Shown here: in pieces, positions 23,400 to 36,062 of the stretch
Position numbering within the stretch: the first letter of the stretch is position 1
Layout: each line of letters opens with the position of its first letter
Source of the DNA: Anthoceros angustus
Taxonomy: Eukaryota > Plantae > Anthocerotophyta
Assembly (NCBI GenBank): GCA_010909165.1
Contig: MU008192.1
Coordinates: 124,001-188,000 of the forward strand
DNA length: 64,000 nt
Reading direction: 5' to 3'
Position numbers and translations under genes: made by a program
Notes under the pieces: model-generated
Told to the model about the DNA's origin: nothing
Databases searched by the model: none
Seen by the model: only the letters and a program-made list of their open reading frames with translations

Positions 23400-26300
23400 A
23401 CTCACCAAGGTGGATCACCTTGGTGATAATCTATTAGTATTCACTTGCGGCCAGGAAGAAGGCGGAGGAAGGATTATCTTCGCCGGTTTAGCGAGGCTTC
23501 ATAGCTCGGGGAAGAAGCCGCCATCAGGCTGTCCGATCCATGTATGGGGGCATTTCGAGCTCCTCAAGGAAGGAGAGCTTGGCGCTCGGGAAAGAATAGG
23601 CGGAGGCTGGAGGCCCTGGGAAGTGGAGCGGCAAGGGCGCCGGAGGAGGAGGCCGCCGAAAACCAAACGGAGGAGGACGACTCGAGGGATTGACCCATAC
23701 GCCCGAACGGACCCCTCACCACCTGTGGAAGTATGGGAAGAAATTCCCGCCCTTCCGTGCCCCAACCAAAAGCCACCAAGAAGCCCAAAAGCCGCCACCC
23801 ATCACTCCTACCGAGGAGCCCCCGACTGTGAGAGAGCCAAGAGACGCAAGACCACTTACCAACGCTGCACCCTGGGTGCCAAGACTTCTTCCGCCGACCT
23901 GAGTGGCAAGAAGCGGAGGAAGCAGGAGGGCGTAAAGGACGCCGCCTGTGGAGCAGGAGGACACCGCAGCACAGATCCAGCCGGGTCCTGCCGAAGGGGC
24001 AAAGGGCGTGCTCCCTGACTCCATCACCTCCGCCGAGCCCTGTGGAGGAAAAGGGCGGAGAAGGAGCTCGCGCCAAAAGGGCCAAGGAGGGGAAGCCGAG
24101 AAGACTCGTGACCTAAGGGTCCCGATTGTCCGAGAACCCACCGACTTGCTCCGGATCATGTATGGAGGTCCTTGACGGACTGCGGAGATGCCGGCTCACG
24201 GACTTTGGGAGCCTCACCGGCCGTGGAAGAAACACGGGTCCTGCTACCGCCATGGACGGTATGCCTGGGGTCTCGGCGGATGGCCGAGAAGACCTGTGGA
24301 GGAAGCCACCCGAGGCGCATGGTACCTCCGTGAGCTGGAGGGAGCCTGTGAGGCGAGAAGGAAGGCCAAGCTCTCGGATTGAGGAAGGAAAACGCCGGAG
24401 GCGGAGAGGAGGTCTGGTCCATCCGCAAGGACCGACCAAATTCCTTCACCGAGGAACAAGGCCAAGGAGGAAGCGATGGGAGGCGGAGGACCTCGGGAAA
24501 GAATGAGCGGAGGAGGAGGCGAGAGAGAAGAGGGAGGAGGCCGGACCCGGAGGAAGGCCGGACCCGGAGGAAGGCCGGACCCGGAGGAAGCCGTGAGGAG
24601 GAGAGGCTCGGTGAAGGTGGCCAAGGAGGCGGAGGCCACGGCGAGGCCGATCGCGATCACTATCGGCGTGATCGGGCCGGTGGAGGAGGCGGAGGAAGGC
24701 CGGACCCGGAGGAAGGCCGAGCAAGCCAAGGAGGAAGGCCGGACCCGGAGGAAGCCGTGAGGAGGCATCGGAGGCCAGCCCGGGAGATTGGGGACCCTGT
24801 GGTGCAGGAGGTAGAAGGCGGCGGAGGAGGCGGAGGCTGGAGGACACCTTGGAGTTGCAACTCCAAGATGCATCGGAGCAGCAGGGGGTTCTCAACGAGA
24901 GAATCCAAGACTTCGAGCGAGAGGTAGAACGCCTCCAGCTCCGCTTGAAGACGGAGGAGAATAGGCGACGGTGCAAGGAGTTCGACGTCGCAAGGTTGCA
25001 GCAGGATGTGGAGGAAGCCAGGAGTCGGACGGGGATACCGGCCCGCCTGGAGAAGGAAGTGGCGGACCTCCGGGAAAGAATAGACGGAGGAGGAGGAGGA
25101 AGCGATGGGAGGCGGAGGAGGAGGAGGCTACGGTTGCTCGTCCGGCCAGGAGGCGAAGGGAGCTCGGCTCCATGGCCCATAAGCGGAGGAAGCGATGGGA
25201 GGCGAAGGAAGGCCGGACCCGGAGGAGAACGCCGAGCAGCCAAGGTTGCAAGAGGAGGCGGCCTTGGCGGCCTCAAGGAAGGAGGAGGCCGGACCCGGAG
25301 GAAGCTCGGCCTCGGGACCTAAGGGTCCCGAGGTCCGCCTCAAGGAAGGAGGAGGCCGGACCCGGAGGAGGGAGTACCGTGCCCGGCTCATGTAGAGGAG
25401 GCGATTCAAGTCGATTCCGACCGCCTACTACCACGCAGAGCTCCTCAAGGCTCGAGGTCCCGCGCCACCCTAGGCGGGAGGTGGACTTCGGAAGGATGGA
25501 AGGAGGAGGCGAGAGGACAGCGGCCGCATCGAGCCGGTCTGTCGCCCGGCGGGGAAGGGCAAAAGGCGTGCTCCGGACTCCATCACCTCCATGAGCCCGA
25601 GAAAAAGGCGGAGAAGGGCTCATGACCAAAAGGGCCAAGGAGGAAGCTCGAGCTCGGCCTCGGGACCTAAGGGTCTGATTGGGTCGGAGAACCCAGTCCG
25701 GACTTGCTCGGCTGCGGTATGGAGGTCCTTGACGGACCGTGAGATCGGCTCCACGGACTTTGTGGGAGCCTCACGGCGGCCGTGGAAGAAACACAGGCGG
25801 GTCACAGCTACGTCATGGGCGGTATGCTCAGAATGCATGCGGGATGGCGAAGGCCCGGAGGTGGAAGCCACCGGGCGCATGGTACTCCTCCGAGGCGGTT
25901 GGAGGAGGCGGAGAAGGAAGGCCAAGCTCTCGGCGGATTGAGAAGGCGGAGGCGAGAGGAGGTCTGGTCCATCCGCAGGGGCCGGACCAAATTCCTTGGA
26001 GGAGGAAGGCCAAGGAGGCCCAAGGAGGCGGCGGAGGACCTCTGCGAGCGAAGGAGGCTCGGTGAAGGTGGCCAGGAGGCGGAGGAGGAGGAAGGTTGGG
26101 TCAGGCCGGACCCGGAGGAAGGCCAAGGAGGCGGAGGCTCGGTGAAGGTGGCCAGGAGGCGGAGGCCACGGCGAGGCCGATCGCGATCACTATCGTGATC
26201 GGGCCGGTGGAGGCGGCGGAGGCCACGGCGAGGCGGAGGCTCGGTGAAGGTGGCCAGGAGGCGGAGGAGGAGGCGGAGGAGGCCGGCACCGGGAGATTGG

Positions 26301-27600
26301 GGACCTCGAGTGCAGTGCGGAGGTAGAAGAGGCGGCGGCGGAGGCTGGAGGGCACAAGGACACCTTGGGTTGCAACTCCAAGATGCATCGGAGGCGGCGG
26401 GGGTTCTCAGCGAGAGAATCCAAGACTTGACGAGAGGTAGAAACGCCTCCAGCTCCGCTTGAAGACGGAGGAGAATAGGCGGCGGTGCAAGGAGTTCGGC
26501 GTCGCAAGGTTGCGGCGGAGGCGGAGGAGGAGGCGGAGGAGGAGGATCTTGGAGGAGGCCGGACCCGGAGGAGAAGTGGCGGACCTCGGGAAAGAATGAG
26601 CGGAGGAAGAAAGCCTTTGGAGGAGGCTACGGTTGCTCGTCCGGTTGCGAGCGAAGGGCTCGGCTCCATGGCCCATAAGCGGAGGAGGAGAGCGTCGGCG
26701 GCGAAGGTTGCAAGAGGTAAGGCGGCCTTGGCGGCCTCAAGGAAGGAGGAGGCCGGACCCGGAGGAAGCGATGGGAGGCGAGGAGGAGGCGGCGGTGGGC
26801 GATCTGCTCGATTTGGAGCACCTGGAGGAGAATGCAGGTGCTCGGGCTCATGTAGAGGAGGCGATTGACAAGTCGATTCCGACCGCCTACTACCACGCAG
26901 AGCTCCTCAAGGCTGGAGGTCTGCGCCACCCTAGGCGGGAGGTGGACTTCGGAAGGATGGAAGGAGGCGGAGGAGGCGGACCGGGGCAACACAGGGAGTC
27001 CTAGGAGCTGCTTGATGACGGCAGCAGCAGGGAGAGCAGGAGGAGGAAGGCCGGACCCGGAGGAAGGTCGCCACACCGGAGGTAAGCACTCGGCACCCTC
27101 GCATGGAAGGACGAGGGGAGGATCTTGGAGAGGAAGGGGAAAGGGTGCAACCGGGCATTCGGGAACCAAGGGAGGGCTCAGTGGATGAACCCGTGACTAG
27201 CCCGGTGAGGAGGCATGCCCAGGAGTCTGAGGGTCCGGACTTTGTCCGGACTCCCGAGGAAAGGCCGGATCCCGAGGTCCGGCCCCCTGAAGGAAGTCGG
27301 ACTTAGGGATCCAGACTCTAGTGACGAGTCCGGACCCTGAGGTCCGGACCCTGTGGGGTTGGGTCCAAGACCGACCTCAGAGGCAAGTCCGGCCCCAAAT
27401 CTGGACTTAGGGATCCAGGACTCTAGTAGTCAGGACCGAGGTCCGGACCCGAGGAAGGTTGGGTCAGGCCGGACCCGGAGGCAAGTCCGGACCCAGGGCC
27501 GGACTCGAGGAGGCCAGGCCGGACCCGGAGGCCGGACCTAGAGGTCCGGACCGAGTCGAGACAGGTCCCGAGGTCCAAACTGGGAGTGGGGAGAGCCACC
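23400..27600 (+). repeat. GC-rich repetitive block with a duplicated, frameshifted coiled-coil ORF (units ~24000-25560 and ~25561-27000) and many GGCCGGACCCGGAGGA motifs; probably TE-internal
   Basis: ELQLQDASEQQGVLNERIQDFEREVERLQLRLKTEENRRRCKEFDVARL occurs in both units. The motif ggccggacccggagga recurs more than 10 times. A ggtccggac array lies at ~27200-27570. Confidence 0.55.
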
Positions 27601-27869
27601 ACCACCCAAGCAGATCCACCTTGAGGGCCCATCACAGGGGGCCAGAGAGAGAAGAGGGAGGACGAGGAAGACTTGGTGGTGATCGGCCGCCGCCGGGCGC
27701 AGCCTGCACCTGGAAGAAGGGTCCCGCCTCGCGGATCATCCGATTAGGTGCTTGGCATGATCGAGCTCGGCTTTGGGCCGGTGCCAAGAAGGAATCTATC
27801 TCACCCCACCACCACGGCGATAGGCGGAATAGGGAGGATAGTAGGCGGCCGGTTAGGCACACCGAAATG

Positions 27870-28536
27870 GCCTCACCGTAATAGAGGTGTAATAAAGGCG
27901 CCGACCTTCGGCGAGTATAAGAGGGCTAAGGCCTAATAAATCATCTTTCTCTTGGTGTTGATGCCGCTTCTGCGCACCTTTGTGTGTCTTCTGCTAACGT
28001 GAGTCCCGAGTCACGAGTGCACGGCGCCTCGGAGATTGATGTGGTCCCGTGACGACCTAACGTGTTGTGGTGTGTGCGGGGAAGGGTGATCTGACCCGTG
28101 CTCGTCCGAGCCGACCCAAAGACCGAACGGACTGAACGTGAGCCGAGGAACTCCGGAGGGCGGCAGAGCCGGACGGAGAGGCCCCAACGAACGAGGAGGT
28201 CCGGATCGTAACCGCCTTTCCTAAGACCGATGGAGAGTGTAGCGTGAGTGGAGAGAGGAAAGGACTGGAAGTGTGAGTGACGAATGTGAACGATACGGAC
28301 GCGAACGGGTCCCTAAACGTTTGGCCATACCGGCTCAGACGGAACGCTAAGTAGAGTTAGGCGTATGTGTGCGTTGAGGCTGAACGGGCGCAAAGTGAGG
28401 TAAGAATCATCTGAAACGCGGCAAACGGAGCCTATCATTCCCTTGGGAACGGACTTCTTCCTACAACGACACGGATTGTGCGCCCGCCATCGAAAGTCGC
28501 GCCACGGAAAGTAATCGGGGCCTTCCAGCCCCATCA
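27870..28536 (+). repeat. Possible LTR-like block
   Basis: TATAAG (27915), AATAAA (27935), a GT-rich U5-like stretch and a ...CCCCATCA end. No partner copy or TSD identified. Confidence 0.25.
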
Positions 28537-30277
28537 CGAACTCTGTCACCCTCCCGAGTTGGCTCTGCAGCTGGCTGCACCCGCCACGCGGAGTTTTAAG
28601 TCGGTGGACACAGCCACTTGAAGTATCAAGGAGCGACATCACCCAAAAAAGAAAAAAAAAGAAGGGGTGAAACTTCTGGATGTCCCAAACGGCATGCCAT
28701 AAGCCACCAAAGAGTGAAGGTAGCACGTATGCCAAAATATATGTACATACTTTTTCTCAAGTCTGCCCTAAACGATGGAAGTGGGTAGCCAACAAAGAGT
28801 GAAGGCAGCACGTACAAATGTCGCGTGCGTGCATGTGGTACGGTGTCGATTGGGAAATACGTCCATCGCGATGTTGCAGAGCCTAAATTTTGGGGCATGT
28901 GTTGAGCAAGGATGCCGCGTGCAGTCCTGGTGCATGAGCTAACAAGGAAGATTGCAAGCGCTGGAGGCAGGGGGCGATGCAAGCGGTCAAGGACAGGCTG
29001 GTGGCACGCTATGTTGTCGCCAAGGCTTCCTTTATGGACACATACACTGCCGTCAAGGTGGGATGCTTGCCTTGTGAAATTGCCACCATTTTCGTTCCCC
29101 GGGATGGCGGCTGAATCCACGTGATGCTCATGCTTAGGGGCACGCCATCTAAGCAGCGCCCGGCTATGCTGATGGTGAATTGGTGGTGGAACAGGCCGTC
29201 TTCGAGAAAAATAGTGTGGCATTCACTATCAGCGCATCCTTAGCATCAGCTGGGGCAGCATGGGCTGGTGAGGAGCTTGCCTTTTGGATCCGTGGGCTGC
29301 ACCTTGGAGCGGACGATGATTTTTCTTTGTTTTTCACCTGTACCTGTCTTGTTTGGTTACCTGAATGGCCGCTGCTGCCCTAATGTGCAGGATACACCGC
29401 CCGTCAGGTTCACCAAAAGAAGGTGGAGGATCGGCTGAATTCCATCGAGCAAGTTGTAGGGCCTCTCCCCTTCATGTCTCATCTTTGCAGAAAACATCCA
29501 GTGAGGTTTACCTGAACCTTGTTACCTCGTTACCTCCTTGGCACTGATGCTGGTGCTGGCAGATGGCAACGGTGCATCACTTGGAGGAGGCACAGGTGCA
29601 GGCATTGACGTACACAGGATTGAGCTACACGGCGTGTGCAGCAACTGCTGGAACCACGCTAGTGATAGGGTATGTTAAAAAACTGGTAGCGTCCATTCGG
29701 ATCGGAGGGCTCACCTTCTCACAAGTTCCGTGTCTCTTGGTATGAACTCGTTTGCCGTATAATTCCTTCTTCCTGCCAGGTATGGGCTTGGTTGGCGGGG
29801 TGGACGATGGTCTGCGATGAAGAAGTTCCAAAAGCAGCAGCAGAAGCTCCTTCAAGCATCTTCACAGAAAATTCTTCCCTCTAAGTCCAGCTTGAGTCAA
29901 TATGTTTCCAACTTAAGGACAGGAACGAAGGACCAAGTTTCGCGTGATTGAAGTACCTACCCCGTTTTCTGTATACTTGCTCTGTTGTACAAGTTCCTCC
30001 TCAATGGTGGGCGTCTTTTATTCATTCCAGTTTCTGGAGCCTTGTCTCCAACCTTGCAAGCCTCATGTAGCTCAGACAGATCGATTCTCCTTGCACTCGA
30101 CAAGGGTCGCTGTGGTATCCTTTGGTGAACTTGAACGGCTGACCCTGCGGTACCCGATGGGAAGCCAACCGTCTTGGAGCGTGGTATAACGTCGAAGACA
30201 ATTCCGAGGGAAGGGCTGCATGACGTGGAAGACTCTTGTGGGAGGGGCTGTCATTGGGCAAAGTTTGCCGACCAGCA

Positions 30278-32444
30278 ATGTCGGGATCCATGAGGACGAA
30301 TATCCCGGTCTTGCTCTTGGGATGTGGTGGTGTCGGCCAGCAGCTGCTTCTTGCCATACTGGCAACCAGAAAGGAGCACGCCTTAAGAAAGGTGCGCATC
30401 GTCTTCCAGTTTACTCCACTCCATAGCACCAGCTGAGCATGTCACTTGGAGTTGCGGGTTGCATCAGATCTATGGCTGATCTGAGAAATTCAACAGGGTC
30501 TGCATTTGGCAGTGGTCGGAGTGGTTGACAGTCGCACTGCTGCGTGGAGTCCAGAAGACAAAGGGATTGACGATGCTGCTCTTCATCGTATTGTCTCAGC
30601 CAAGGCAGCTGGGCTGCCTCTTGATTCGGGTTCACAATTCTGTACCAGTTCTGTGGAACGTGATTTCTGGAATCACAGCCCTTGCATGCATTCACTAGCA
30701 GGACTTGAGGTGCATTGGGGTTCGTGCAGGCGAGGCACAGATCGGGTCACTGGAGTTGCAGTCTAGCGACTTGGTGTTGGTGATGCAGAAAATACGAGAT
30801 GAATTCTTGCCCGGTGGTGAGAATATGTGCATGTAGCTCGTGGCAGTGTCTCACATGGTTATGATACTAATCCACGCCCGTGGCCACAGATTTAGTTATT
30901 GTTGACTGCACAGCAAGTGATAAAACCGGGGGCCTGCTTGCTGAAGCAATCAGTGGGGCTTGCTGTGTGGTTCTCGCAAACAAGAAGCCAATCACAGGGT
31001 CTCTGGTGAGACTTTGTTTGTGTGTCACTCGCAGTCTCGTCCAGCTGCCTGCAGTGATGGTGATCAGTCTGCTGATGACACTGGTGACGGCAGGAGCTGT
31101 TTGACAAAGTCTCGGCGAGCAGTCGCTTCCGATGCGAATCAACTGTAGGGTTGTGAGCAGTTGCATGTTAAAGCTTAATAACCTTTGCGATGACACCTGA
31201 TGTGTGGAACATGCCTGTATGAACAGGTTGGTGCTGGACTGCCCGTGATTGTGTCCTTAAACCGCGCCATTACTGCTGGTGATGCTGTTTATCGTGTGGT
31301 TGGCGCACTCAGTGGTAATTTTGTGCTGGTTTGAACCAACCTTCACTTGACCTCAATCCTCTTCTCTGTTCACAGCAATGTCAAGGGCCAAGGAGCAAGT
31401 AGGTGCAGTCTTTGAAGGTTGTTGAACATGCATGTTGCAGGTACCCTGGGGTATGTTATGAGTGGCCTGCAGGAAGGGCGGCTATTTAGTGATGTCGTGC
31501 AATCAGCCAAAGCTCTCGGATATACAGAACCAGGTACTCTCACTTGAACTGTTGAAGTAGAGCAGCAAGAGCGCGTGTTGGTGCGGGGCAATATCCAAAG
31601 CAATGACAAAACCTTTTCCAAATATGTGTGTGTAGATCCTCGTGATGATCTCAGTGGTATGGACGTTGCAAGGAAGGTAAGCATATTGACTATGTATCTG
31701 CTGTTAGGATTTTTGGGACACCTGAAAACAGAGAAGCAGTTTGATAGTAAGTTGGTTGCAGGCCCTTATCATGGCACGCACCATAGGCTGGCGTATTACA
31801 ATGGCAGATATTGAGGTACGCCTTCTTCTCTAAACGAGGCCAAATGAGGGGACAAGGCTTCTTTCCCATCTCCTCACAATTCAATTCTTCCACAGGTTGA
31901 GAGCATGTACCCCGACAACCTGGGGCCAGCCCACTTGTCAATCAGCGAGTTCCTGGACACAGGTCTCCGCTCCCTGGATGCAGCCATGCAAGCCCGTGTT
32001 GCTGCTGCCACAGCCAAAGGCTGTGTGTTGAGATACGTTGCCACAGTGGAGAACAACATGTGAGTTGTTTTCTCACATGACTTGCTTGTCCCAAGCCCAC
32101 AACTTGCTCGCTTGTTTAGTACTAACCACTAAGCCATGGATCGGGACAGATGCAAAGCCGGCTTAGTGGACGTGCCAAAGGATTCTCCGCTCGGCCGTCT
32201 GTCGGGCAGCAACAATCTGGTAAACCATGTCTTGTATTCCATCAATTGCCTATCTTCCTCATCCATGATGTTCTGAGGCCTCCATCTGTCATGACATGCT
32301 TGCATGCAGATTGAGATACACAGCAAATGCTACAGCCCTTCTCCCTTGGTAATTCAGGGAGCTGGCGCAGGAAATGAAACCACTGCTGCCGGTGTTCTGG
32401 CAGACATTGTGGACCTACAGGACCACTTTTCAAAAACCTTTTAG
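30278..32444 (+). CDS. Stand-alone homoserine dehydrogenase-like protein (no aspartokinase domain), multi-exon
   Basis: IPVLLLGCGGVGQQLL (Rossmann fold); [89 protein letters not shown]; stop TAG 32442-32444. Confidence 0.9.
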
Positions 32445-33349
32445 GGGAAGCTATCCGGCAACAAAAACGATGAACACTCTCGTGAACCACTTTTTTGAGA
32501 CGCGTTTCGGAATACAATGTACCCAACCTGCAATGCTTCACTTGGGTTCATCCCATCCCATCTTTACGTGCACAATTTTTCCACTGCTTTGCAGGCGATT
32601 GTCAAATTTTTGGCCATTTAAGAAAGCAACCGGAGAGAAGTGTGTTTACTTGGCATTTGAAATCGCCACGTCGGTGATGCGCATTATCCAGAGCCACCGG
32701 GAGATGCCTCGACGCCACTCTCTCTCTCCAGTGCCAGCCCTTGGTCTTCCCACGGAGAGCTAAGCGGGCAGCGGTTCGGCGGGGGAGTTATTGAGCGGGT
32801 GAGTTGATCGCGGCTGTGGCGGGACAGCGCCCGGGCTTGCCGTGTTCGGTCAGACAAGGCGCCGCCGGCGGCAACGCGGGCACGGCTAAGCCGGGCGCTG
32901 AGTCGTGACGCTCACTGTGACGATGGAGTCTGACCGGTCTAGCTCCGCCTGACTGGCCCGCTGCGCGTTGTACGGGGTCAGGGGAATTATAGGTCGGGCG
33001 CGGGAATAGCACAGGGGGCATCGTTGCAGGCCGCCATGGTGGCGGAAGGAGCGTGAAGGTGCCAGAAGGATTGTGAGGCTGCGCGCTGGAGATGCAGGCG
33101 TAAATCCGGTCAAGGATTCTTCGCAGTAGCAGCGCAGGCGGCGCAGAGCAGAGCTGCGCGGCGAGGGTGCGGCTTCCAAGGTTGCGAATGCTCTGGAGCT
33201 CTGCTGGAGCGGAGGAATTTTTCGGCTTCCCCACACGCTTGAGAGAGGCAAGTGAGGCAGGCAGGCCGGTAGTCAAGGCCCTGCTGCGGGCGGGCTTCAT
33301 GCGTTAGAGCGGCGAGTGGAACGGGCGGCGCGGCGGTGAGGTCGTGGTC

Positions 33350-35618
33350 ATGGCGACTCCCGCCAACCCGCGCTGTTTCTTGGACATCAGCATTGGCGGG
33401 GAACTCGAGGGACGCGTTGTGGTGGAGCTCTTTGCCGACGTCGTGCCGAAGACGGCTGAAAATTTTCGTGCCTTATGTACCGGCGAGAAAGGAGTCGGGG
33501 AATCCACTGGCCGTCCTCTGCACTTCAAGGTACTGCATCAAGTATTGCACCGCAGCATGCAACTTTTCCCCGGTTTCCGGTGCTGCATTTGTTTGGTAGA
33601 ATTCGCACAGAGAGCGTCCGGGAGATGCGCGGATATTTGATTGCGCTTGGTCTCGCCTCGGCTTGACAATCATTGAGCTAAAGGAGTCCTAGGCTCAGGA
33701 CTTGCCTCGGGAAGGGTAGGTCAGGGACGCCTATGAAGTGTATATGTTATTGCACCGATGTTTCCGGCCATGGAGATGACTCCCGTTGGACTTCCCTTCT
33801 AGTCTTGTCAGGCCGCAGTTTGAATTTGTGTTTGTACTCGGAGTTGGGAGGCGTTTTGTGTTCTTAGTCATCTATGCGGTAGTCCATCTTACTTTTAGCT
33901 GATACGTCTGTTCTTGCGAATTGCTTCGCAGGACGTTCCTTTTCACAGGGTTATTAAGGGGTTTATGATTCAAGGCGGGGACTTTTCAGCACGAGACGGG
34001 ACTGGCGGCGAATCTATCTATGGTGCCAAGTTTGAGGATGAGAACTTCATCCTCAAACATGAGCGCAAGGGGATGCTGTCGATGGCTAATGCAGGGCCTA
34101 ACACGAATGGCTCGCAGTTCTTTATTACCACTACACGCACGCAACATCTAGACGGTAAACATGTGGTGTTCGGCAAGGTGCTGAAAGGCATGGGAATAGT
34201 TCGGAGCATTGAGCTCACCAAGACAGATGAAAACACCAATAGCCCTTTGAAGGATGTTTTGATCGCTGACTGTGGAGAGCTAGTTGAGGGTGCGGATGAT
34301 GGAGTTGCAGGTTTCTTTCAGGACGGGGATACGTACCCAGATTATCCCCAGGACCTGGATGAGCAGCCCCCTTTTACTGCTTGGTGGATATCTGCTGTTG
34401 AATCAGCAAAGACTTTTGGAAATGAGAGTTTTAAGGTACTCCACACTTTTGGACACCTGAGTCTCCTCCTGTCCTTGACGAACCGCTGCTGACACTGACG
34501 AACTTATGCTGACACTGGCTTCCTTTATGTCAGAAAGGGGACTACAAGATGGCTATTCGCAAATATCGAAAAGCTTTGCGGTACCTAGATGTTTGCTGGG
34601 AGAAGGAAGAGGTAGACGAAGGTTTGTTTCTCAAGTCATTTTAGTGCGATCCTCTGTGATTTGCTGTGTGATTTTTGTGACCTTAGCGGAAGAGTTATGC
34701 AAGTGGTTCTTGTTAATTCCCATCTAGTCAATTGTTTGCTCTAGGTGATTGCTCTTTCAAAACCTTGATTGTCAGTAATTTGTACTTCATATTGGCCTGG
34801 AGAAAGTGCAAATTTTGTTCTGGAACGATTTTTGATCGTGTCTGTTCTCCTGTGTGGACAGAAAAGAGCAACATGTTCAGGAAAATAAAGTCGATCATCC
34901 TCACCAACAGTGCAGTATGTTGTCTGATTATTGCCAGCTTACAGTTGGTCAGCTTGTTGTTGTTTTTGACTTATCATTTATTTAGCGGAATGGTTATCAA
35001 TACCTGATCTTTTGGTTATCAAGTGCTCAAGGGTTCCGTTGCTCCGCTTATCTCAGGTTCTGATGTGATGACAGGCATGCAAGTTGAAAATAGGAGACGC
35101 CCAGGGTGCTCTTACTGATTGTGAGATTGCTCTTCATAGTGGAGATGACAATGTGAAAGCTTTGTTCCGTCAAGGGCAGGTATATTTATTCTGGGTCGGG
35201 GACTTCACCTGTGAACTCAACAACCGTGACAATTTGTGGATGTGACTGGTCTCTGGCTTGTTATCTGCAGGCTCATATGGCCTTACTGGACTGGGATTCT
35301 GCAGTCAAGAGTCTAACAAAAGCGTCCCTGCTGGTACCTAATGACGGTAGGTAGACACGTTTGTTTTGCGCTTGTTGTGGGAAGATGCTTCTACTTTTTG
35401 GGTCGATCAGAACTCAACTCTCAATTGTCTCGCGCAATCTCAGTCGACATCAAACGTGAGCTGAATGCGGCAAAGAAGAAGGTCATTGTTCTTGTACAGC
35501 TTTGTGCTTGTGAACAAATCTACCACTTAGCAGCTGTCTCACACCTTGAAACTGTCAATTGCAGATTCAGGAACGGCAAGCTAAGGAGCGGCAAGCGTAC
35601 GCAAGGATGTTCGCTTAA
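33350..35618 (+). CDS. CYP40: Cyclophilin 40 (PPIase + TPR), multi-exon
   Basis: [43 protein letters not shown]; [15 protein letters not shown]; [17 protein letters not shown]; TPR exons [17 protein letters not shown] and KALFRQGQA; ends [10 protein letters not shown]. Matches the SQUINT/CYP40 type. Confidence 0.93.
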
Positions 35619-36062
35619 GCTGTACGTCTACAATTTTGACTCTTCGCTTCGTCCAGTCTACAATGGCCATGTGACAACTATGGCTTCTCTTGTGGTGGAT
35701 CGAAGCGCATCAGCACTTGTGCAAGTTTGGACCATTTCATGATTGGAGAGGAAATAGATTCAGACTCGGGAATTAGAATAGAAGCCAGGAGCAGAGCTGG
35801 TACCAACCTTGCGCAATTTCTGATTGACAAGACGCACTCACTCTCTCTTTCGGAGTCATAAATTTTCCCTCAACGGAAAACACTGTTGCGTCAATTGCAC
35901 CGGGATTCCCTGGATAGCACTTCAATATGCCACTGCTGTCTCAAGCTTTTCGTGATTTCCGAATCTTCGGCGTTGATTGTCCGCACGGGTTTTAAGTTGT
36001 GTAGATAGTTGTTAGACTGATTGTGGCACCGGTCGAGCTTATTCTCGCCGCCGTCATTGCAA

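Noticed and set aside
28704-28815. Possible miRNA precursor
   Set aside because: The repeats are direct rather than inverted and do not match a conserved miRNA I recognise.
30278-32444. Horizontal origin of the monofunctional homoserine dehydrogenase
   Set aside because: The gene is intron-rich, and a stand-alone HSDH-like family is already known in plants.
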